This document shows, one piece after another, positions 9,721 through 17,640 of a stretch of 32,000 nt of DNA. The notes beneath the pieces are model-generated. The model did not search any database, was not told the DNA's origin, and worked only from the letters and a program-made list of their open reading frames with translations. A program made the position numbers and the translations under genes. The stretch's first letter is position 1, and every line of letters starts with the position of its first letter. The DNA is from an uncultured archaeon (GTDB lineage Archaea; Asgardarchaeota; Thorarchaeia; Thorarchaeales; Thorarchaeaceae), in assembly GCA_964648855.1 (NCBI GenBank), contig CAZYLT010000003.1, positions 120,001 through 152,000 on the forward strand, written 5' to 3'.

Positions 9721-10188
9721 TTATCGGATAACAGTTATGTTATCTAGTACATATTGAAATGAACTAACCTGGGTTGGTGAGCTGGGAACAAGCAATATTC
9801 TCTCAATCTCTGTATCACCTTTCGCGTGGTCGAAAATTGCTTTTCCTATCTCTTCCGCAATTTCCCAAGTGGGAACATTTCCTGCCTCTAGACCGAACGT
9901 AAGAATGCCCACAATCGACTGGAACAACCTGTCCGCTTTTCTGAGCGCCTTCATGGTCGTTCGGAAGATTTTTTCCCTTCGATTTGGGTCCTGCATGGTG
10001 ACCTTAGGCCAGTACTCAACGTTTTCTGCAGTTACAGCGTCTTGTACAGAAACTCCATGTGCTGAATCTTGAGCTGAGCCAAGGGGAATCTCTTCTGACT
10101 TCACGATGAATCCTAAGTTATTCTTCTCATAGGGACCCATCTCGATAGATACATGGATATCATCGAAAAGCCATTCCATCTTCTTCAA
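9721..10188 (-). CDS. Hypothetical protein, probable degenerate macrodomain fold
   Basis: C-terminal two-thirds aligns by eye with the adjacent macrodomain; its start overlaps the stop of that gene (TTGA), suggesting translational coupling. Confidence 0.7.
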   Translation of the reverse strand: MKKMEWLFDDIHVSIEMGPYEKNNLGFIVKSEEIPLGSAQDSAHGVSVQDAVTAENVEYWPKVTMQDPNRREKIFRTTMKALRKADRLFQSIVGILTFGLEAGNVPTWEIAEEIGKAIFDHAKGDTEIERILLVPSSPTQVSSFQYVLDNITVIR

Positions 10189-10679
10189 CTCTTGACAATA
10201 CTTTGTATTGTTTGATACGCACTATCACTGTAGCCCACCAAGAAAACTCTTCGCACCGATGTATCTTCTTCTTTGGATTCTATTCCTTCCAGTATTGCTC
10301 GGATTGACTCTTCGGTGGATAAGCCTCCTACACCTGCACCAATTGCTGGAAAAGCTATGGATTGAACTTCATTCCGGCTGGCGAGTTTCATCGTATGTTT
10401 CACAGATGATTCTACGTTTGCTATTGTCGCTTTTCCTCCTGGTGGCATTCCAGCAGCATGGATAACATATTTGGCAGGTAAACTTCCCGCAGAAGTGATT
10501 ATGGCATGTCCTGGTTCGATGGGTCCTTGTTCCATTGCTTCCTTCTCAATGCGGCTTCCCCCTTTTCGCTTGATGGCTCCAGCAACTCCAGCTCCCATCC
10601 ATAAATCTGAATTAGCCGCATTGACAATGGCATCAACTTCTAGTTCTGTGATGTCCCCTTTGTACGATACTATGTCCAT
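10185..10679 (-). CDS. Macrodomain protein (AF1521/YmdB-like ADP-ribose binding or hydrolase)
   Basis: KGDIT, DAIVNAAN, GAGVAGAI, VIHAAG, SIAFPAIGAGVGG. Start placed at ATG 10679, after a GGTGTGA RBS (track start 10703). Confidence 0.93.
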   Translation of the reverse strand: MDIVSYKGDITELEVDAIVNAANSDLWMGAGVAGAIKRKGGSRIEKEAMEQGPIEPGHAIITSAGSLPAKYVIHAAGMPPGGKATIANVESSVKHTMKLASRNEVQSIAFPAIGAGVGGLSTEESIRAILEGIESKEEDTSVRRVFLVGYSDSAYQTIQSIVKS

Positions 10680-10869
10680 TGCAGTCACACCTGAATATAC
10701 CACTTCATCAGCTCTAATTCATTGATAAGCTGTTGTGCTGTGAAAAACATTTCCCACTCCAAAAACCCTATCTTGAAAGTGAGTTGCTTACTGTTGGGCG
10801 AGAAAGCTGACTGGTATTTCTCAGGATGAATATGCTGTTTTAGTAGAAAAATATGGGTCTCCATTAAGA

Positions 10870-11385
10870 TTGAGTTTTGAGGCTGATTTCCAAGACTTCG
10901 AATGCGAACTGGTCAAGAAAAGCGCTGCGAAAGGACGCCAACATGATGTTACATGCTTCATTCCTAAGGACGGAGGTTATGTAACAATTCAGAAGCATGA
11001 TTATGCAGATACTGGTATCTTTCGTGCCCCGTCAGGTGGCGCACGGTCAGATGAATCAATAGAAGAAGCCGCCATACGTGAGATGAAAGAGGAAACGGGA
11101 CATGACGTGCAGCTCAACCGCTTTGTGCTTGATCTTGAATTGGATGTCCAGTGTCGTTCTCGCAGTATCATATGGCGGTCTCTTGTGTTTCTGGCTGACA
11201 TCGTTGGCGGGGAAATGAAGCCAATTGATACACGTGAGATATATGATGTCAGAGTTTCTTCGAGGGAAGAACTACTTGGTCCGATTATGGAAAAGATGAA
11301 AAAATCGGGGTGGGGTGGATTTGAATACCGTGCTTTCCTAACAGAGCAATTCTTCACTGCTCTTGATGAAGATGAAAGAAAATAA
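10870..11385 (+). CDS. Nudix hydrolase
   Basis: Nudix box GGARSDESIEEAAIREMKEETG. Frame is open upstream to 10783, so the true start may be CTG 10807. Confidence 0.9.
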   Translation: MSFEADFQDFECELVKKSAAKGRQHDVTCFIPKDGGYVTIQKHDYADTGIFRAPSGGARSDESIEEAAIREMKEETGHDVQLNRFVLDLELDVQCRSRSIIWRSLVFLADIVGGEMKPIDTREIYDVRVSSREELLGPIMEKMKKSGWGGFEYRAFLTEQFFTALDEDERK

Positions 11386-11412
11386 GAATAGAAGGCTGAA
11401 AATATGCAGCCT

Positions 11413-12375
11413 TCAGAAGTCCGGAGCCATTGTGATATCAAGTTCTCGGACAAGTTCCTTGTATCTATTCCGAACAGTGACCTCTGTCACTCCTGCAGTG
11501 GATGCTATGGCTCTTTGAGTAACTCGATTATCAGTTAGAATTGAAGCTATGTAAATTGCTGCCGCTGCTAGCCCTCGTGGGTCTCTACCAGTGACCAATC
11601 CGTGCTTCTTCTTTGCATTCTCGAGAATTTCTAGAGCTTTATGCTGTATCACTGCTGGCAAGTCAAGATCAGTCACGAATCTGGGTACATATTTCTCAGG
11701 TCCCGGAATGGGCATTCTGATCTTCAGCTTCATTACAAGCTGACGGTAACTAGCACCAACCTTCTTCTTAGACACTCTTGACTGTCTTGCAATCTCCTCG
11801 AGAGAGCGTGGTGATTCTCTCAGTCTGCATGCTGCATAGACTGCTGCTGCAACGAGTGCATCAATAGACCTGCTTCTTACAAGCCGCTTCACTATCAGCT
11901 TCCTGTAAAGCATGGCTGCAAGTTCTTTGATACCATCGGCAAGGCCAAGTTGTGACGCTATACGATCCAGCTCGGTCATTGCTTGAGCAAGATTCCTGTC
12001 AACAGAACTGTGCACTCTTGACCTAATCTGCCATTTACGAAGTCGGTAAATCTGTGCTCTCTGTTTTGCTGAGAATCTACGACCTGAAGAATCCCTGTCT
12101 CTCCAGTCGATCATTGTGGAGAGGCCTTTATCATGAATGGTGTAATTGGTTGGAGCCCCTGTTCGTGCTCTTGAATTTCTCTCTTCAGTAGTAAAAGCTC
12201 TCCATTCTGGCCCGTGGTCGATTCTGTGTTCATCCAAGACCAATCCGCAAGTCCCACAGATCACCTCTCCTTTTTCGCTATCGCGAATGAGGTCTTCTCC
12301 GCCACATTCTGGGCATGTGGTCTTTACCTTGTCTTGTTTTGCTTTCTCCTTTTTTGTATCGCCACTAGATGCCAT
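11413..12375 (-). CDS. tfb: Transcription initiation factor IIB (TFB)
   Basis: Zn ribbon CPECG...ICGTCGLV, IDHGPEWRAF, two cyclin repeats, GRDPRGLAAAAIY, GVTEVTVRNRYKEL. Confidence 0.97.
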   Translation of the reverse strand: MASSGDTKKEKAKQDKVKTTCPECGGEDLIRDSEKGEVICGTCGLVLDEHRIDHGPEWRAFTTEERNSRARTGAPTNYTIHDKGLSTMIDWRDRDSSGRRFSAKQRAQIYRLRKWQIRSRVHSSVDRNLAQAMTELDRIASQLGLADGIKELAAMLYRKLIVKRLVRSRSIDALVAAAVYAACRLRESPRSLEEIARQSRVSKKKVGASYRQLVMKLKIRMPIPGPEKYVPRFVTDLDLPAVIQHKALEILENAKKKHGLVTGRDPRGLAAAAIYIASILTDNRVTQRAIASTAGVTEVTVRNRYKELVRELDITMAPDF

Positions 12376-12597
12376 TTTTTTTACATCTCTCTCATTGTCT
12401 TCTGCGGCTATGACTCCAACTAGCGTGCGATGCCGTTACTGGAAGACATTTTCCGCATATTGGTTGGAATGAATCAGGACAATTGGCTCATGGTCTATCC
12501 TCTTGTCACTATGGTACGAATGAGTGGCGCGAGAATATTCTCACAGCTGGCAATTACCCCGTCAGGCTCCGCTACATTTATATGGTTTCCCGCAATG

Positions 12598-12611
12598 CTT
12601 ATAAACTTTTG
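12598..12611 (-). promoter_or_regulatory. Candidate BRE/TATA promoter for tfb
   Basis: Minus strand reads CAAAAGTTTATAAG (A-rich BRE then TTTATAA); a second TATA-like GGAAACCATATAAAT lies at about 12576-12590. Confidence 0.45.
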
Positions 12612-12764
12612 TATTTCGTTGCATCAAATACACTATCAGCTACCGGAACCTTTCCCCCTACAAAAATACGTATGAAGTGAATGAATTTAAGTTTAATGGG
12701 TGGTGCGAGTCAGTACGTGTCTACTAGAATCAAAGGTTTTGCAGGTGGTTACCGGTGCATTCGA

Positions 12765-13031
12765 CTACTCTCGTCGTTTTACCACGTGTTTTCCTCGTTC
12801 AGTCACGTAGTATACTACACTACTCCCTTCCTCATGACAAGTCCCGCTCATCGGGCAGCCTGCACATTTCGGATCACCAGTTTCAGTGACTTTTCGTGTC
12901 AAGTAGCCTCTTTCAACTAATAGCCGAAGAACATCATCAAGCGTTTCAGGTTGAATACCCACTTGCTCAGCAATTTCCTTCTTGTACACCATCTCATTGT
13001 CTACAATCAATTTCAGAACATCAAGTATCAT
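12765..13031 (-). CDS. feoC: FeoC-like winged-helix protein with Cys-rich wing
   Basis: KKEIAEQVGIQPETLDDVLRLLVERGYL wHTH plus CAGCPMSGTC; last gene of the feo operon. ATG 13031 preferred over track start 13046. Confidence 0.8.
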   Translation of the reverse strand: MILDVLKLIVDNEMVYKKEIAEQVGIQPETLDDVLRLLVERGYLTRKVTETGDPKCAGCPMSGTCHEEGSSVVYYVTERGKHVVKRRE

Positions 13032-13503
13032 GTGTGTCCACTCCATTTTCTACCGTGGTTGAGCTACTTGAATACCAGGAAACTACAGCAAACATCCCAA
13101 TGATGATGGGGAATGTCCAAAGCGTCGGTTCGAAATCCATGGCTAATGACCAGGTTTGCCAATCCTCAAAGGATAAAATCCAACCCAGTGCATTGGTGAG
13201 AAGAATCGCGATTTTCAGTACAAATAGAAGAGCGGAGAGTATTAGTCCAACAGTTGGAAATGCGATAGCGTGTCTTTTTCCATGTTTGAGAGGCAAAACT
13301 CCGCTAAGAAAAACACCTGCTAGTACCAGTAGTAGGAACACTATAACTACATCCGGGGTCAGAAACCAGAAACCAACCAGACCCATGATTCGCAGAATCT
13401 GCATACTGGCAGTAGCTAAATAGAGTAAACCGGCGGCAGTAGATACAGCTGCCATCAATAGTGGTTGCTTCGAGAGCATCTCTAAGTCAAGATATCTAGA
13501 CAA
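13021..13503 (-). CDS. Hypothetical membrane protein (about 4 TM) within the feo operon
   Basis: Hydrophobic segments throughout; overlaps both neighbouring genes. Confidence 0.75.
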   Translation of the reverse strand: MSRYLDLEMLSKQPLLMAAVSTAAGLLYLATASMQILRIMGLVGFWFLTPDVVIVFLLLVLAGVFLSGVLPLKHGKRHAIAFPTVGLILSALLFVLKIAILLTNALGWILSFEDWQTWSLAMDFEPTLWTFPIIIGMFAVVSWYSSSSTTVENGVDTHDT

Positions 13504-14812
13504 AGAGAAAACCTCCGATTGTGACTATTGCAAGTGCCATGAAATATGCCAATAACGTCTGATAGACAAAGGAGAAGATAGTCCATTTCCACGATCCTGT
13601 TTCTGACTTTATGACTGCCATTGTTGCTATGCATGGAATGTATAGCAAAACAAAGACCATGAGAGCAAACGCAGAGACTGGACTCAGCAACCCCAGCAGC
13701 GACGCCTGTATTGCCCCTTGTCCTTCAACAGCGAGTATTATGGCAAGGGATTGCACAACAACCTCCTTAGCCAAGAGACCAAAAATTAGGGCAGCAACGA
13801 CTTGCCATCCAAATCCAAGTGGGGCAAATAGCGGGGCTGCAAATCTTCCCATAATGCCAATAAATGAATTTGCAATAGGAACACCGTATCCTGCTGGTCC
13901 GAAGGAAGATAAAACCCAAATTATGATGCTGCCAATCAGGAGATATGTCCCTGCCCGCTTGAGAAACATGACTCCTCTCTCCCACATATGTCGGAATGAA
14001 CCATGAACTGTTGGCATTTGATACATGGGAAGTTCCATTACTAATGGGGAGACTTCCTCTTTGAGAGCTGTGTGTTTCAGGAGGAATCCTATAATCACAG
14101 CCATCGCAATTCCAAGAATATACATTAGAAAGACAATTGTCCCTGCCATTGATGAAAAGAAAATACCCGCAATCAGGACATAAACAGGAAGTCGTCCTGC
14201 ACAAGACATCAGGGGGGCAATGAGAATGGTTGTTAGCCTATTGGAGCGTCCCTCTACAGTTCGTGCTCCTAATACAGCAGCGACACTACAGCCAAATCCC
14301 AGGAGAAGGGGAATGAAAGATCTACCATGCAATCCAATCTTTGTCATCCATCGGTCCATCACAAAGGCGGCTCGAGCAAGATATCCTGTGTCCTCAAGAA
14401 CGGATATTGCGAGGTAGAGGAGAAAGATAGGCGGAACGAAGGTCAGGATAAAGCCTACGCCACCTAAAACTCCATCAGTTACTAGAGATGCCAACCAAGG
14501 AATGGGTATCTGTGATGTATAAACGGAGATCCATGCAAAACCAGCTTCAATCATTGCCATGAAAACCATAGAAACCTGGAAGGTGAAATGAAACATTGCC
14601 CACATTACAACAAGAAACACGGGCACCCCTAGATATCGATGAAGAAACACCTTATCCAACAAATCGCTGATATTCCATTTTTCTTCTCCTGGTTCATAGA
14701 CTTCACAAAGAATGTCACCTATTATCTCGTATCTTTGATCCGCGAGAATAAGTTGCGGGTCAAAATAGTCGGAAGCTTCCTCTCTTGCTTCCTCCATATC
14801 TAGTTCTTCCAA
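13496..14812 (-). CDS. feoB: Ferrous iron transporter FeoB, membrane (C-terminal) half
   Basis: LEDTGYLARAAFVMDR, GFGCSVAA, PLMSCAGRL, MELPMY, LAKEVVV, LLYIPCIAT. Possible CTG start at 14821. Confidence 0.93.
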   Translation of the reverse strand: MEELDMEEAREEASDYFDPQLILADQRYEIIGDILCEVYEPGEEKWNISDLLDKVFLHRYLGVPVFLVVMWAMFHFTFQVSMVFMAMIEAGFAWISVYTSQIPIPWLASLVTDGVLGGVGFILTFVPPIFLLYLAISVLEDTGYLARAAFVMDRWMTKIGLHGRSFIPLLLGFGCSVAAVLGARTVEGRSNRLTTILIAPLMSCAGRLPVYVLIAGIFFSSMAGTIVFLMYILGIAMAVIIGFLLKHTALKEEVSPLVMELPMYQMPTVHGSFRHMWERGVMFLKRAGTYLLIGSIIIWVLSSFGPAGYGVPIANSFIGIMGRFAAPLFAPLGFGWQVVAALIFGLLAKEVVVQSLAIILAVEGQGAIQASLLGLLSPVSAFALMVFVLLYIPCIATMAVIKSETGSWKWTIFSFVYQTLLAYFMALAIVTIGGFLFV

Positions 14813-14817
14813 TGATT

Positions 14818-15645
14818 TCAGATGGTCACCTCCAGGACTTTTTTCTTCAGTGCATCATCAAGTTGTGAAAGAATTCCAGGGTCTCTTTCCAAGAGCTTGA
14901 GTGCCACCCATCTCGGAGGAAATCTCTCCAACAACTCCTTTTCATCTTCAAGCAGCAATACAATCTGCTTCAGTTTTCTTTCTATTCCTCGTTCGTATTT
15001 GATGGCGGGTGGTTTCAGCTTTTCGTATTCTCCGTGATGGTGAAATCGAGGATGATAATGAAGATGGTTGTCTCCATTCAAGTCGCCCGGTAGATGTTCC
15101 TTCTTGGGCATTTCTCCCGTTTCCAAATTCTTATGGTAGTTTTCGGGGATGGCATTGTAAATTGCCTCTTTGAGGTCTTCCATGCCAGTCTTTTTGGTTG
15201 CTGTGGTTTTGACCACTGGCGCCTCAAGTTTCTTTGATAATTTCTCAGAGTCTATTCTATCTCCTTTGGCTTCAACGACATCATGCATATTCAATGCGAC
15301 TACGAGATTGACCTGCATTTCAATAAGAAGCAGCGTAAGATACAAGTTCCTTTCAAGTTGAGCTGCATTTACTATATCGACGACAACATCAGGACGATGG
15401 TCGATTAGATATCTCCTCGCAACGCGTTCGTCTTCTGTAACGGCACTTAGACTGTATACTCCTGGTAGGTCAACCACTTCAAATTCGTACCCCTTGAATT
15501 TGTAGTAACCAACCTTCTTCTCTACGGTTTTGCCAGGCCAATTTCCGGTGTGTTGTTTGGAACCTGTTAGGTTGTTGAATATGACTGATTTCCCAACATT
15601 AGGGTTTCCAATTAATGCCACTTCAATCTTCATTTTCGTGATCAA
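14818..15645 (-). CDS. feoB: Ferrous iron transporter FeoB, GTPase (N-terminal) half
   Basis: GNPNVGKS, GNWPGKTVE, DLPG.YSL, LERNLYL, LNMHD; His-rich insert; ends at its own TGA. Confidence 0.93.
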   Translation of the reverse strand: MITKMKIEVALIGNPNVGKSVIFNNLTGSKQHTGNWPGKTVEKKVGYYKFKGYEFEVVDLPGVYSLSAVTEDERVARRYLIDHRPDVVVDIVNAAQLERNLYLTLLLIEMQVNLVVALNMHDVVEAKGDRIDSEKLSKKLEAPVVKTTATKKTGMEDLKEAIYNAIPENYHKNLETGEMPKKEHLPGDLNGDNHLHYHPRFHHHGEYEKLKPPAIKYERGIERKLKQIVLLLEDEKELLERFPPRWVALKLLERDPGILSQLDDALKKKVLEVTI

Positions 15646-15998
15646 ACCTTTCTTACTAATAGCCTCCGAGCGAGGCTCTGACCGAGAGCTATTCTCGTTC
15701 CACGAATCTCCAATAAGACAGGCCCTCTATCGCTGCCTTGGACAACCTCAAATGCGCAGCCCTTTGTCAGACCTAAGTCAAGTAGACGTCGCATTACTTC
15801 CCTCTCACTTCTATGCCAATTAGCATGACCCCGACGTCGTCTTCCCTTACCCCGTCCGTGTCTTGTGGAGCGGCCACCTGCATGGAATTTCGAACCAACA
15901 GGAGCAAAACCTGCCAGAACACATCTAGTGCCGGATGAGACTGATGTCAAAGGCACAAGATTGTCTTGTCCTTTCTGGTCTTTTATTCCATTAGCCAT
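15642..15998 (-). CDS. feoA: FeoA-family SH3-like protein with Arg/Gly/His-rich insertion
   Basis: RRLLDLGLTKG...GPVLLEIRGTRIALGQSLARRLLV; first gene of the feo operon. Confidence 0.92.
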   Translation of the reverse strand: MANGIKDQKGQDNLVPLTSVSSGTRCVLAGFAPVGSKFHAGGRSTRHGRGKGRRRRGHANWHRSEREVMRRLLDLGLTKGCAFEVVQGSDRGPVLLEIRGTRIALGQSLARRLLVRKV

Positions 15999-16028
15999 GA
16001 ATGCACCATCAAAATTTTGTGCTTGGGA

Positions 16029-16046
16029 AGTTAGACTAATCTAACT
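16029..16046. promoter_or_regulatory. Imperfect palindrome, candidate DtxR/IdeR-family metal-repressor operator
   Basis: AGTTAGACTAATCTAACT contains TTAG-N6-CTAA and lies about 30 nt upstream of the feoA ATG. Confidence 0.65.
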
Positions 16047-16173
16047 CTTATGGAACAGTTCTCTTAAGGTAATAAGCATTAAGGATTGTGGCAAAAAGCT
16101 CTTATGAATATATCAGCATGGACAATGTTTGAGCTTGACCGCAATTATTACATATGTAGCTACAGTACAATGA

Positions 16174-17568
16174 ATGGCGAAAATCATGTCCTACTACAAA
16201 ACACCCATAAAATATGGAGAACGGGACGTTGAAGAGTTCATCCCCAAAAGCGTGGAGGATGTTAAAATCCTAAGTATTGGTGAGGTTGAACCATATTTCG
16301 ACGATTTTGATAATAGACTGGCAGAGGTATTGAAAGCCCCTCTGGAAAGCGAGCCTTTCGATGATTTGATCCAGGAAATATATGAACCTGGGAAGACGAT
16401 TATGGTCATCGTAGATGATAATACTCGCCCGAATATTCACACTCAAATTCTCCTACCTTATATCACCGATAGAATTCTTAGTTTGGGTGTGGCTAAGGAA
16501 GATGTATCTATAATCATTGCTAGCGGTTCACATAAGCAGCCTACTACTGAGGCAATTGAGCAAAAAATCCTAGGCTCTGAGCTCTATGAGAAATGGAAAG
16601 ACAACATTCTGATTCATGATTGCGACTCAGGAAACAAATACCTAGGAGACACCCGTCGTGGTTCTCCAATTTACATAGACGAGCGTGTTTTGGATGCGGG
16701 TCTTGTCATACCACTAAGTGATTCGGAATATCATTATTTTGCCGGTCAAGCAGGAACAGTCAAGCTATTTTGCCCAGGGGTGGCAGGGCGAGAAACCATT
16801 AGGATCAATCACCCTCGTATGTTTGATCTTGAGAAAGGGTTTGTTGAGGGATGTAGGCTTGGTAATTGTGAAGGAAATCCAGTGATCGAGGATATGATAG
16901 AAGTCGCAGAGAAAGTGAAGGAAAACCTTCCAATGTTCTGCATAGACACGATTATACATCATGGGGAAATCGTCTATCTTCAAGCTGGAGACCTCATTGC
17001 CTGTCACAAAGCAGCTCGCAAACCATTGGAAGGTCTCAGAGTGGTAAATGTGGAAAAACCCGGTGACATCGTATTCGTTTCGGTCGGCGAATTGGGTTTG
17101 AATCTCTACCAGGCAGGCAAGGGAATTCACGCTGCCTGGAATGCCGTTCGTCACGACAAAGAGGGTTGGATAGTCCTGCTTGCTCCGTGCCAGGAAGGAA
17201 TCGGAAGCGACGCATATGAGAGTGCCATGAAAGCCTCTCAGGACTTGGAGGTCGCGGATGCTCTTCGATTCGTAATCAAGACATACGGGTCCGAACAGAC
17301 CTTCAAAATTGGTAACCAAAAACCGCCCGACCTGTTTCGAATTCTATTGGATGTAGCTGAGGGGAACATCAAAGTCGTCACTGAACTTGATAAGGATGAA
17401 CTTCGTGATGTGTACCGAATGGAGGCATGCAATCCACAATCGCCTGAGGATGCTGAAAACATCCTACGAGATATCGTGGAGCGCTTTTTGCAGAGGAATC
17501 CAAATCCTCGTGTTTATGTTCTTGATGACCCAGGCTTGTTGGTAAAAGTAGAGAAACAAATCAATTAG
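16174..17568 (+). CDS. larA: LarA/DUF2088-family nickel-pincer-dependent alpha-hydroxyacid racemase/epimerase
   Basis: IVDDNTRP, ASGSH, IHDC, YHYFAGQAGTVK, NLYQAGKG, LLAPCQEGIG motifs; substrate not assignable from sequence. Confidence 0.85.
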   Translation: MAKIMSYYKTPIKYGERDVEEFIPKSVEDVKILSIGEVEPYFDDFDNRLAEVLKAPLESEPFDDLIQEIYEPGKTIMVIVDDNTRPNIHTQILLPYITDRILSLGVAKEDVSIIIASGSHKQPTTEAIEQKILGSELYEKWKDNILIHDCDSGNKYLGDTRRGSPIYIDERVLDAGLVIPLSDSEYHYFAGQAGTVKLFCPGVAGRETIRINHPRMFDLEKGFVEGCRLGNCEGNPVIEDMIEVAEKVKENLPMFCIDTIIHHGEIVYLQAGDLIACHKAARKPLEGLRVVNVEKPGDIVFVSVGELGLNLYQAGKGIHAAWNAVRHDKEGWIVLLAPCQEGIGSDAYESAMKASQDLEVADALRFVIKTYGSEQTFKIGNQKPPDLFRILLDVAEGNIKVVTELDKDELRDVYRMEACNPQSPEDAENILRDIVERFLQRNPNPRVYVLDDPGLLVKVEKQIN

Positions 17569-17604
17569 CTAGGAGTCAAGCGAGAATGCAGACTTCAATT
17601 GGGA

Positions 17605-17629
17605 GATAGGCGGGAAAAATGCGCCTATC
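17605..17629. terminator. Hairpin between convergent larA and cysS
   Basis: GATAGGCG (17605-17612) pairs with CGCCTATC (17622-17629). Confidence 0.5.
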
Positions 17630-17640
17630 ATTCCATCATA

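Noticed and set aside
14810-14825. feoB as a pseudogene or TGA readthrough
   Set aside because: The two halves are in different frames, both are intact, and a dedicated RBS precedes the second half.
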